Shown: positions 27,182-40,114 of the stretch, piece by piece
How positions within the stretch are numbered: the stretch's first letter is position 1
Layout of the letters: each line of letters starts with the position of its first letter
Source: Amoebidium appalachense
Lineage: Eukaryota > Protista > Ichthyosporea
Direction of reading: 5' to 3'
Assembly (NCBI GenBank): GCA_963693365.1
Contig: CAVNZM010000006.1
Location: 6,923,264 to 6,987,263, forward strand
DNA length: 64,000 nucleotides
Translations under genes and position numbers: made by a program
The notes under the pieces: model-generated
Told to the model about the DNA's origin: nothing
The model's input: the letters and a program-made list of their open reading frames with translations, nothing else
Databases searched by the model: none

Positions 27182-28199
27182 AGCGGCAGAGGGACGGGTC
27201 TGGCTGCAATTTTAGCAGGCTGTGCGTGTGGAGGTATGAAGGGCACGCTGTTCTCCGGCTGTAAGACTGTGGCTGACGGCGTGCTGGGCTGGGCGGTCAG
27301 GTGGCTATCTGCCTGACTGCCTGTGTTTGTACTGAGCGGAACACTGAAGGGGCAGTGCTGGATTTGACTCGATGCAACACAACAGCGACCATGGATTATA
27401 CGCGGGCAGCTGTGGTTGTGTATGTTGGATACTGAAAGTTAAAGGCTTGTTTGCGACAAGTGGTCTTCTTCTTCGCACCTCTTCGCACACCATGGAACGG
27501 TACCGGTCCACTCTGGATGCAAGGCCCAGTTGCACTCAAGCAAAGGAATGCAGACACCCGAGGTTGGCGATAAAATACTTGGATCTAATTGGTTCACTAA
27601 ATTCGCTGGTATGTGTAATTTTATCTATATCTACATGATATCCACATATTTCGAAGCAAGTAAGTATTCGTCGACGTTTATTTAGATCCGGAACACCTCG
27701 ACCACAGTAGCATCTCGATGTTCGACTCTATGTGCCCAAGCATTTCAAATATAGAGCCATCCCAGTAAATAGCCCAACTCTTGAGCAACGAGGCCCTGTA
27801 ACCACCTCTTTTCATCGCAGCATATATTACATCAAAACCACTTGCACGACCAGCGTGGACATTGCACAAAATATACAAGGCCCGCTATCCCGTCATTAAG
27901 AAATCTGGTGCGCCATACAAAACAGCTGTGCAGTCAGACTGTGACGGGATCCGGAGCGTTAGTGTTCTAGTGCAGGAGCGTTGGTGTAGCCCGCTGGCGC
28001 CAGTTCTTCGCATAGCCAGCCAGGCCCTTTCATCTTAGAGCTGCCCAAACATTGCTACGTAGAGTTTGTTCCCTTATCGTTTAGTTTGCCGGTCTCTTCG
28101 TACAGCTAGCCAGATATCCCCAGGCGCTGGTACCGCAGTTTGGCCCTCACCCTCCGTTGCCTGGGCAGGCAGGGCAGCACACCAGTATTGGTGCGCAGC

Positions 28200-28982
28200 A
28201 TGGTGCAGGGCACTGGCCCTAGCGAGCACACAGCCCTCCTGGCCAGCAACAGAGCCATGGCCTCCCCCCACCTGGTGCACCGTGTGCGGACACACCCCCT
28301 CACGCCCGCCCACCCAGACCCCCTCGCAGCCCCTCGCTGGGAGGCCAAGGACCCTGAAACAGGCCCTGTGGAGGACACGGGGGCAGAGGCGGTGCTATTT
28401 GAGGCCCCCTCTGTGCTGCTGCCCGTGCAGGCCCCACCAGACGACCTGCAAAAGGGCCCCTACCCACACCCTACGGGCTGGGGCCGTGTGGTTGTTGTGC
28501 TGGGGCGGCTGTTTCCTGTGGTGGGGGTGCTTGGTGGCTACAGCGTGCGGCGGGACCTGTGGCACGACACGGTGGCCGGGCTGAGTGTGGCCATCATGGC
28601 CGTGCCCCAGGCGCTGTCCTACGCCCACCTGGCCGGCCTGCCCGCCCAGCACGGCCTGTATGCGGCGCTGCTGCCCCCGGCCACCTATGCCCTGCTGGGG
28701 GGCTGCCGGCAGCTGGCCGTGGGCCCTGTGGCCGTGGTGTCTCTGCTGGTGGCCCAGGGCCTGGCCGGCCTGCACGTGCCTGCCCCGGCAGCCACAGACA
28801 CAGTGCCAGGCCCATACGTGCAGCTGGCGGTGCTGGTGAGTGCATATGGGTGGGTGGGTGGGTGGGTGGTGGTTAGGGGGGTTGGGAGGGGGGGGGGGGC
28901 GCTCTGTGTGCTGGTGCGTGCATAAGAGGGGGGAGGGGAGAGGGGGAGTTGCCTGTGTGCTGTGGTTACTGTGGTTAGTGCA

Positions 28983-29016
<34 letters not shown>

Positions 29017-29595
29017 GGGGGGGGCTCTGTGTGCTGGTAGGTGCACAGTGGTGGGGGGCGTGCCTGTGTGCTGTGTCTGACCTGTGCTGCAGCTTGCACT
29101 GGTTGTGGGGCTGCTGCAGGTGGCTGCCGGGCTGCTGGGCCTTGGCCGGGTGGTGGCCCTGGTGCCCCACCCGGTCGTGCTGGGCTTCACCCACGGGGCT
29201 GTCCTGACCATCTCCCTGGCCCAGGTACAAACCCCCCAATAGATACAGTGAGCCAGCAAGTTTGTGTTGCTAATTGGGTGTACAGGTGCCCCTGCTGCTG
29301 GGACTGAGGGGGGTGCATGGCCACGACGTGCCGGGGCTTGTGTTTGGGCTGTGGCAGCAGCGTACTGGGGTGCACTGGCTGACCGTGGGCCTGTCCTGTG
29401 CCTGGCTGGGCCTGCTGCTTGGTCTGCGGTGGCTGGGCACCATACGGCCAGCCATGCAGGGCCTAAGAACAGTAGGGCCACTGGTACTGGCTACGGTGGC
29501 TACGACAGTGACTTGGGCCATGCAGCTGCAGGAGAGGGGGGTGCAGGTGCGTGCAGTATTGTGTGTATGTGTTGGTATGTGGGTCGGATATCTTG

Positions 29596-29627
<32 letters not shown>

Positions 29628-31040
29628 ATGTGTGTGTGCGTGTGGATGTGTGTGGGTGGGTGGGTGTGGGTGTAAGGTGTGTGTGTGTGTGTGTGTATAG
29701 TGTGTGTGTATGTGTGCGCGCGCACATGTCTTTGTTGTTGGTTTTTCTTGTTCCTTTTCCTGTTTCTTTTCTTCTTCTGTTAAATGATGTGTGAGGGGGG
29801 ATGGAGTAGACACGGCTAATGCACGTGCACACTTGTGTGTGGTTGGGCCACTGCTGTTGCCTGATGCCTTGCGGTGTGGCCGTGGTAATGGTGGGGTACC
29901 TGTGTGCTCTGGGGAAGGGTAGGGGAAATAGGAGTTTAATCATTCGTAGGCCTGTGTGTTTGTGCTGGTGGCAGGCATGCGTGTGTTCGGGTGGCAGGTT
30001 GTGTGTGTGTGGGGCGGAGGGGGGGCTTGATGCTACTATTTGTCGACCTCCAAGGCAGATGCCTTGGGGCTGTGCATGTGCCGACCTACCCCCCCTCCCC
30101 CCCCCTGCCCTACAGGTTGTGGGCCATGTGCCCGCTGGCCTTCCCCCCTGGAGCCTGGGCTGGGGGTTTTCTGATGCCGGGCAGTACGGCTGGTTGGGGC
30201 TCATCGGGGTGGCCCTGTCTGTGGCCCTGGCCAGCCTGGTCGAGAGTCTGGCCATAGGCAGGGCCCTGGCGGCAGGCCACGGCCATGAGCTGTGGGCCGG
30301 GCAGGAGCTAGTGGCCGTGGGGGTGGCCAATGTGCTGGCTGGCTGTGTGGCTGCTTACCCGGTGGCTGGCTCATTCTCCCGGTCATCCGTGTGGTATTGG
30401 CCTGTGCATGTGCTTGCACCTTAACGCCCCCCACTCCCACCCCCCAACCACCGCCACCACCACACCCACACACACACAAATACACACACACATGCTTGCC
30501 CCCCCCCCCCCCCCCCCCCCCCCTACAGACACACACACACACATGCACACAAGGCCTTCCCGTTTGTGGGCCAGCAGGGCTATGTAGAAATGCATCACCC
30601 TCCCCCCCCTCCCCCCTTTCCCCTCTTTGGGCCACCACCCTGCAATCACATCTGCTGTCTTCCGAAGAATGCGCTCTTTCATTCTGTGGTCAGCAGTAGT
30701 ATGAAGGGCATCACAGAGAGTGGCGGGGGAAGAGAGAATCTAAGGGGAGGGGGGAGAGGGGCAGGGGGAAGGTGAGACGTGAAGGGGCAGGGGGGGAAGA
30801 GAGACAGCGGAAGGGGAGGGGGGGGGGGAGGGAGGGAGAGAGGGGGGGAAAAGGAGATGATGGGGAAAGGATAGAGATGGAGGGGGAAGGGGGCAGAGGG
30901 AGGTAGGGAGAGAGGGAGGAAAGAATAATAGGGAGGGGGGGAGGGAGGGGGAGGGAAGGGGTAGAGCGAGAGAGAGAGAGACTGCAGAAAATGGCTGACC
31001 CTGTCGTTTTGTTTTGTTCAGTGACACATTGTTGTGTCTT

Positions 31041-31073
<33 letters not shown>

Positions 31074-31102
31074 CTCCCTCTCCCACTCTCTGTGTGTGTG
31101 TG

Positions 31103-31158
<56 letters not shown>

Positions 31159-31189
31159 ACGCGCGTGTTGGGGAAGGGAGGAAGGGGGC

Positions 31190-31224
<35 letters not shown>

Positions 31225-31757
31225 CTTGGGGTTGGTTTGGTCAGTGGTGTTTTGGATCTGACTGTTTCTATGTAATGCGGGTAGGATGGGGGGAGTTTGG
31301 TGGCATGTTAGGAGTAGGGGGTTTTTGGTCCCCCCCCCCCCCCCCCCCGCCGGGGGAGGGATTAGGGATGTGGCTCACCTTGCAAGAACTGACAGGAGGG
31401 TGCAGCCACGAGGCCGGGGGCATCAGCCAGGTGGCCGGGCTGGTGGCCTCCCTGGCCGTGCTGCTGGTGGTGGGGGTGGCCACAGGCCCAGTCGAGTATC
31501 TGCCCACATGCAGCCTGGCTGCTATTATACTGGTGGGCCTGGCTGGGGTGGCTGACCCCAAGGCCCCATACAGACTGTGGAGGGAGGGGGTGGAGATGTT
31601 TGGGCTGTGGATGGTGGCAGTGGGGGGCACCCTGATACTGGGCACCACTATGGGCCTGTTGGTGGCTTGTGGGGCTGCAGTGCTAGTGGCTGTAGGCCAT
31701 AGGGTGTGGGATAGGGTAAATGGGCATGAGGGGGGTGGGGTGCACGAGGTAGAGTAG
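28200..31757 (+). CDS. SLC26/SulP-family sulfate/anion transporter, 5 exons, no STAS domain seen
   Basis: DTVAGLSVAIMAVPQALSYAHLAGLPAQHGLYAALLP...GGCRQLAVGPVAVVSLLV, PHPVVLGFTHGA, QELVAVGVANVLAG...YPVAGSFSRS, YLPTCSLAAIILV. The start may be 28200 or 28257. Confidence 0.9.
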
Positions 31758-31834
31758 AACACACAGGTAGAGGGGGTGCATGCATTGGGTAGGGTGGACA
31801 CACATGGGCTTCAAAGGGTGTATGGTGCACAGTC

Positions 31835-32045
31835 GGTACTGCTGAATATGTGTGTCTGTATTAGTCCACAGGTGCATATGCGCGAATGTACTGCTGAATA
31901 TGGTGTGTCTGTATTAGTCCACAGGTGCATATACGCGAATGTACTGCTGAATATGTGTGTCTGTATTAGTCCACAGGTGCATATGCGTGAATGTACTGCT
32001 GAATATGTGTGTCTGTATTAGTCCACAGGTGCATATGCGCGAATG
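31835..32045. repeat. 52-53-bp tandem repeat (4 copies) after the SLC26 stop
   Basis: GTACTGCTGAATATGTGTGTCTGTATTAGTCCACAGGTGCATATGCGCGAAT repeated. Confidence 0.9.
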
Positions 32046-32881
32046 CGTCATGGTAGCTGCGTACAAACATGCACGTATGTTTGTTATGTGATGCATGCAG
32101 GAATGACTTGATAGATTAGCGATAGCTATCAAATGAATAATGCATCAGAACCGCATATGAATAATCGTGCGGCCTTCTTTTACTACTGTCACAGTGCACA
32201 CTGCTAAACATCATTTTGATTTCCGTTTCATGATGTGTGAATGTAATGCCGTGCCATACATATTCGGCGGTTTTTTTTAAATCATAGTTTAGTTCTAACA
32301 TCTTGTTGGGTAATAAAATCTGTCAGCAGGCCCTGACAGTATACATAAGTACAGTCTTGCCTATAGTCTGTTTGATGTGCACATGCACATGCAGTCACCA
32401 AGGCCTATTCGAGCCTTGCATGTGCAGCCAAGCAGAGACCACCTTCACATGTGGAGGGTGCCTGGCCATGTGGGTGTGGCCATGAACTTAGGGGCCTGCA
32501 ATGCAAGTGCGTGCAGTCATGATCATGTGACCCAGTGTTTAGGGATTTCTTGTTTAGTGATTGGTCGGGCCCATGCCCCGTGCGTGCAGTGATTTGTCCT
32601 GCCAGTTTATTGTTAACTGGCTCCCTGCATTCTAGCATGGTGCATCCCTCTGAGACACACCCTAACGCTAAATTGTTAATCCTTTGATCAGAAATACAAA
32701 AGCAATTTATGTATACGTATACAAGTCCATAAGGGGAAGGAAAGAAAAGAGGAACAATCTTAATCGACAGATACACAAGCCAGCCAGCTGGCAAGGGCCA
32801 AATGAAAAAAACACAAGAAATAAGGTTGCCAAATTGCCCCTGCATATGAATCATTTATGTGGCACTTGGCAACCACCGGGC

Positions 32882-32999
32882 CTAAGAGTTGATGAAGTTA
32901 AGGATCTCTGTGATGGACTGCCGCTGCCCTGCCACCTCCCCCTGCCCATACGACACACGCCTGCAATGCCCAAATTAGCACCCCGGCCACACCGTGCAG

Positions 33000-33036
<37 letters not shown>

Positions 33037-33363
33037 CCCACCTCCCCCGGGCCCGCCAGCACACTTAATACTACCCCCTTCCCCCCCACCCACTTGCCCC
33101 CACCTTGTGCTGTAGCGCTCACTGGTGGCCCTCTTCTGCTTTCTTCCCTTGCTGCCTTCGGCTGCCTTGCGCCCATCTTGGCTGCCGTTGGCTGCCTGGC
33201 CCCGCACCTCCTAGACCCATCATGTGTCAGCCACCATAGATGAGGTTGGGAGTGTGCCCAGGCAACCATACATGCCACAGGCCAGCACCTACCACCAACA
33301 CCTCCAACCCACAACCTACCCACCTACCCCAGAACACCTACCACAACCCACCACTTTCTATCC

Positions 33364-33402
<39 letters not shown>

Positions 33403-33907
33403 ACACACACACACATACACACCACCACTCTCAGAAGTCCTACCACCACCCTCCACTTTCAAACTCTAATCCCCCCCCCCCCCCCCCCCCCCACCACCAT
33501 CCACCCACCATAGTGCGTGCCTGCACGGCCCTCTGTGTCAGCCCCTCGAGTATGCGGTCACTCTCCTTCACCCGCTCATCCTCGTCCCCCCCCACTGCCC
33601 GGTACAGCGCATTGGCCTGCTTCTCCGCCTTCATGGCCCGCTTAAAGTCACCCAGTGTGGCGTACATGTGCACCTGTGCACGGTGGCTGCACTCAAAAAA
33701 ACCCATCAGCACCCCTGCATTCCCCCTCCCCCCCTCCCCCCCCTCCCCCTTACATCTGGGCCAGGTCCACACCGCTAGTGCCCATCTTTGCCGCTGCAGC
33801 CAGCACACACTCAGCATGTCTCTCTGCAAGCTCAGCCTGCTGTGCTGCAGCCAGCACCAGCCCCAAGGTCATCTGCAGCCCAATGTCAGCCATTGGGCCT
33901 TCCCCCC

Positions 33908-33944
<37 letters not shown>

Positions 33945-35537
33945 CCCCCCCACCCCCCCACCCCCCCCTTACATCAGCCTGCAGCATGTCCAGTGTATTT
34001 GGGCCGGCCAGCAGCATGGCCAGCATCCGTGCCCTTGAAAGATAGCGGTAGGCCGTGCTGGGTCGGCCAGTCGACAGGCAGCCCTCCCCTGCTGCCATCT
34101 GGCCCCAAAATGGTCAGCATCCTTCATTCTTTCCTCCCCCTCCTCCCCCCCCCCTCCCCCTTACTACTCACATATGCGGCCACGGTGACCGGGTGGTCTA
34201 GGCCCAATGTCCTCTCAGCCACCACTATGGCCCTACAGCGGTACTGCAGCAGCGCAGTATCGTCCCTCTCCTTGGTCTCACTGCCCTCACTGGCCATGCC
34301 TGCTACAGCACCAAGCAGTCTGCAGGCAACATGTGAGTGGGTTGGGTGAAACATCGACACAGTGCATATACAGCCACACAGCCAAATAGCAAACACAGCC
34401 ACAGGCACACACACACAGCACACAGGACACGGAGCACACCAAGTAGACATAGCGCCCGGCCACACACATACACACGCGCGCGCGCGCGAGCGCGCAGACC
34501 TCGCATGCGCAGACGCACAGCACACACACACACACAGTCAGAGACACATCGCACACACGGCGGCCATGTCTGGTGGGTAGTCCCGCCCGATATTTTGGTC
34601 ATGTAGGTTATGAAACCTTAAAAACCCAACAGCCTTCTGCAAGCAAGAAAAGCAATATACAAACATCTATAAGAAAGTATGGCTTGACATAATTATATTA
34701 CTGTGCTATATTTTTTTGCTGTCATATTACTGTGCTATATTTTCTTGCTGTCATATTACTGTGCTATATTTTTTTGTTGTCATATTACTGTGCTATAAAT
34801 TTTGTTGTCAAAGTATATGATTCCGCTAGAGCGGTTGCAAATACCTCACAAATTCTTCTCCTTTTTAACATCATCACCAATTTAAAAAATCCTGAAAATA
34901 TATAGCTAGAAGGTGGGGTTTGTTCAACAATAACGTAACAAATGTTGTGGAATAATGTTTAAAATTTTAAGCTCCTTAAAATTTTAAACACAAGTGTTTG
35001 CCTCTATTCGACGGGTAACTTAAAAGCCGCATAACATCACGGAAGTCTAGGTTTTACCGGATAGGGATACCGTAAATCCGGAAACCAGTCACTGATAAAT
35101 TGAGCAGGAACTTGAGCCGCGGCGCCTGATCGTTTTGCCTGTTCGGCGGTTTTATCCTACACTTGTATGTACACATTATTGAAGCTGTTCTTCATTTTCT
35201 TCCGCCAAACTTAAGTGTTTTTTATGGTGAAAGCCACACTACGTGCTTGTGACGACGCAAAATGCAAAAGCGAAGCGCCCAACTCAATAATACCGGAAAA
35301 TTGTAATCTCTCTCTGCATCACTGCGGCAAGACGGATGCCATGATCCCATCCAATCATTTTCGCCAATTCCCAAGGTTCAGATATGTGAAAAGGATAAAG
35401 CGGACGGCCGGACCCTGAAACATGGCCGCCGTGCAGCCACAGGGGATTGCCACAGGGCGCACGCACAAAGAGCAACAGGCCACACACACACACACACACA
35501 CACAGACACACACACACTGCACATAGACACACACACA

Positions 35538-35572
<35 letters not shown>

Positions 35573-36619
35573 GCCAGCATACTTACATGAAGCACGAGGC
35601 CACGTCAGGGTGCAGTGGGCCGTAGACTTGGTGGCACACCGCAAGGGCCTCACGTAGCCGCTCCTCAGCCTGTGCCGTGTGCCCTGCAGCAAACATCAGC
35701 ACCCTGCATAAGCAGGCACACACACACACACACGCACGCACACGCACACACGCACCCACCCACCCAACCACCCACCCACCCACCCACCCAACCACCCACC
35801 CACCCACCCACCCAACCACCCACCCAACCACCCACACACACACACCGTGCTGCATGGCCTGCCTGCCAGCCTCCAGCAGTGCCCGTGCATCCTCCGTCTG
35901 CCCCAGCACCTGTCAGCACCCCTCCCCCCTCCTCTCCCCCCACCCCCTCCCTCCCCACCCCCCCTACCACAGGGTCCAGGTGCTTGCATCGGGGCAATAT
36001 CTGGATGATGTCATTGGCTGCCAGGGGCTGGCCCCCCATAAAGTCCAGCATGCGCACCCGCACCTGCATGGCCCTATAGTAAGCCAGGGCACACTATATT
36101 GTGGATGCATGCATGGCCCCATAGTAAGCCAGGGCACACTATATTGTGGATGCATGCATGGCCCCATGGCGAGAACACGGCAGGAAGGGACCCAGGGCAC
36201 AGCAGAAGGGAGGGCATTGCATGCATGCAGGGGTAGGAAGGGGTGAACGCAACAAGGAGGGCAAGGTGCAGCAAACACGGTACTCGCCATAACCATACGA
36301 GGCATAAGCCAAGCAGGGAACAGGAAAAGAGGGCCATGCCAAACAGGGCAGAGCCACACAGGTGCCACCACAAGCAGCCCCCATGCGCACCTGGATGCCC
36401 ACGGCCAGACACAGACGCCTCAGCAGCCACAGCCGGTCCATGGGCTCCTGTGGGGGGGGGGGCATGGGTGAATATATTTGCATCATCTCAATACAGCAAA
36501 TGCTGATGTCTTTGCTCGTGTTATGTAGTGATCGATGTGGAGGCAGTTGTGTATATGTGCCTGGAGGGGGGTGGGGGGTGGGGGTGGGGGGGGGGTTGAA
36601 TGCGCCATAAAGTACCCCA

Positions 36620-36652
<33 letters not shown>

Positions 36653-38632
36653 TACTGTAAATGTGTGGGCCAAAGGGGCCTTCCCCTGTGTGCGCATGCA
36701 TTTGTCGGAGCGGAAGAGGGGGGGTGTCATGGAGTGTAGGGTGTGCACTTGTGCTCTGCCTGTGGGGTATAGGGAGGGTGGCTATACTGTGTGGGTGGGC
36801 ACTCATACTGTGGGGACGGGCACTTGTGCTGTGTGGGGTGGGCACTTGTACTGTGTGGGGTGGGCACTCATACTGTGTGGGGCGGGCACTTGTACTGTGT
36901 GGGGTGGGCACCATACCAGCACGGTTGGGGGCAGGTCGTAGAGGTAGCGGGCCTTGACCTCAGCCCTCACAGCCTCCATCATGCTGGCAGGGGTGTGCTG
37001 CAGGTCACAGTCAGTGGTGGAAGGTCATGGCCTACTGTGTGCATGGCCTACGGTGTGCATGGCCCACTGTGCGCATGGCCCACTGTGTGCATGGCCCGAT
37101 GTGTGCATGTCCTACTGTGTGCATGGCCGACTGTGTGCATGGCCCACGGTGTGCATGGCCCACTGTGTGCACGGCCTACTGTGTGCATGGCCCGATGTGT
37201 GCATGTCCTACTGTGTGCATGGCCTACTGTGTGCATGGCCCACTGTGTGCATGGCCCATTGAGTGCACGGCCCACTGTGTGCATGGCCCACTGTGTGCAT
37301 GGCCTACTGTGTGCATGGCCTACTGTGTGCATGGCCTACTGTGTGCATGACCAGCCAAGGTGGCCCAGCCTGCCATGTTCCTGCACCGTCTGTGTCCAGA
37401 ACGTGTCTTTCGTGTGTGTGCCTGTGTGTCCCCTGTGCATGTCTGGTGTGCCTGTGTGTCCCCTGCATGTGTGTCCCCTGCATGTGTGTCCCCTGCATGT
37501 GTGTCCCCTGCATGTGTGTGCCTGTGTGTGCCTGTGTGTGCCTGTTTGTCCCCTGTGCATGTCTGGTGTGCCTGTGTCTCCCCTGCATGTGTGTGCATGT
37601 ATGGCCCCTGCATGTGTGCTCGTGTGTGCACCTGTGCCCACCTGCAAGTAGTCTGCACTCTCAGCCCCAATCAGCCCACCCTGGTCCTGAGCCTTTTCCT
37701 TCTGCTGCTTCTTCTTCTTTGCTGCCCCCTACCCAGCAGTCAGCATCCACTTAACTCTGCTGTCTGAACCCCCCTCGTTCTCAAAAACCTCTCCGGTCTC
37801 CATCCTCCCTCCCCCCCCCCCCCCCCCCTCCCCACCCATATTCTTTATATCCATCTCCCCCCTCTCTTCTGCCCCCCCCCCCCCCCCCCCCCCCCCCACG
37901 CCCTCCCTCCTCCCCACACCCCTTCTCTCGTCTCCTTTCCCCCCCTCTTATCTGTCACCATCCTCCTCCCCCCCTCCCCCCTCCCCCCTCCTTCCTCCTC
38001 TACCCCTACCTTCTTAGGCTGGCCCTGGCTCTGTGTCTCCTCTGCCTGTGTGCCTGGCCCCAACAGGCAGTTTATAGCGTGTGCCGTGGCTGCAGCCAGG
38101 GCTGCTGGGGGTGTGGCCCTGTGCAGCGCCCTGACCACGGCCTTGGCCCCCCGCACATACATCTCGGCCTCCACTAGCTCCTGCTAGCCCCGTCAGCACC
38201 CCGCTACCTCCCCCCCCCCCCCTCCCAGGGCATGCACGCACCCTGCCCCTCTGCTGTGCCGGTTTTGTGCCCTTGCTCAGTTCCTTGGCCACGTAGCCCA
38301 GATAGCGCATGTTGACACCAGCACGGTGGAAGAGTGGGCCCAGCCCCCCACCAATGACCTCCACTGACTGGCCCTCGGCACGGCCTAGCTCACGTACCTG
38401 CCTGCACGTTAGAACTCATGCAACCCCTGTGTCCACACGTACAATTACACACACACACTCATGCAAGCATACACACACACACACACGCTCATACGCTCGC
38501 TCACTAACTCACCCACACCCACCAACCCACACCTATCACACAACTACATCCACCAACCCACACCCCCACACCCCCCCCACCCCCGCACACACACACGCAC
38601 ACACACCCACACACATTTCCCCCTTCCCCCCC

Positions 38633-38676
<44 letters not shown>

Positions 38677-39622
38677 ACACACACAAACGTACCAATGCCG
38701 GTATTGCCACGTCCAGCACGTGTCTGCTCATGGCCACCACCAGTGCCTCGTCCTCCTCCCTCTCCTGCCGTCAACCCGTCAGCACCACCCAATCATGCTT
38801 CCCCCCCCCCCCTCTCCCCCCCCATCCCTTTTACCCACCTCGGCAGGCAGGCGGGCATGTGTCTCCGTGAATGCATCTGGGTTGTAGGCCCAATCGAACT
38901 GGAACTCGGGTGACTCCAGCAACTCTGTCCCAAAGCTCAGTTCCCTGCCTTCCCCCTTCCTCCCCCCCCCCCCCCCCCCCCCCCCCTCTCTCTGCCCTCA
39001 CCATCAGTCAGCTCCAGGGCCGCACTCTTTGCTGCATCGTCAGCCCCCTCTGCCTGCTGCCACTCGTCAGCAACCCAACCCCCCCTCTCCCCCCCAAAAC
39101 ACACCACCTACACCCCCCCCCCAAAACACACCACCTACACCCCCCCCCCCCCCCCCCGGCCAATCACGCACACACACACACACACACACATCCCCCCCCC
39201 CTCCCCCCATCCCCCCCCCCACACACCCACATCCCCCCCTGTGCTCTACCTGCTGGGCCATGTGTTCCTTCATCTTCTGCCGCAGGAATGAAACATACTT
39301 TGCCTCCCTAAGAGGCACAATACATCTGTTAGTCTCCAGCCCTCCCCTCCCCATTCCCCCCCCCCTTCCCCCCTCCCCATGTGCCCATGCACGCACCTGA
39401 AAGCCAGCACCAGCTCTCTCCTCAGGAGGGTCAGGCCGTGCAGGCTGTAGCCAAAGAAGGCACTGGATGCATCGCTGCGCCCCTGTGCCACGTGTCAGCC
39501 AAAAGCCCCCGTGTGCATGCACGTGTCAGCCAACCCTCCCCCCCCCCCCCCCGTGTGTCCGCCAAACCCCCCTCCCCCCCCCCCCCCCCCCCCCCCCGTG
39601 TACATGCATGCCTCAGCCACAC

Positions 39623-39670
<48 letters not shown>

Positions 39671-40079
39671 CCCCGTGTGCATTCCCGTGCCATCCAGTCC
39701 CCCCGTGCACCCCCACACCGGCACATGTGCCTACCAGGTGGAAGTTGGCATCGACAGGGGCCACTCTGAACAGGTCCAGCACGTACAGCCTCTGGTCGTT
39801 GCCCCTCAAACCCTGCACCCCACATCAGCACCTACCCACCACACCAACATCCTCCACCATGTTGCCGCCGCATTCCCCCTCCCCCCCCCCGCCCCAGCTC
39901 CCACCCTTTTTCCACACCCTGCACCTAGCCCCTCCCTTCCCCTTCCCTCACACACCCACCCGCCCACCTTGCAGTCCGCACTTGTTGCCAGCACGTGCCC
40001 GTTGCCCTGCTGGTCCACCACCCTGCACACAGCCAATCAGATCACTGACAACCCCCGCCCCCCCTTCCCTCCCCCCCAA

Positions 40080-40114
<35 letters not shown>

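Noticed and set aside
27305-27535. Short upstream ORFs before the membrane-protein ATG
   Set aside because: The TSS is unknown and the peptides show no recognisable features, so uORF function cannot be supported.
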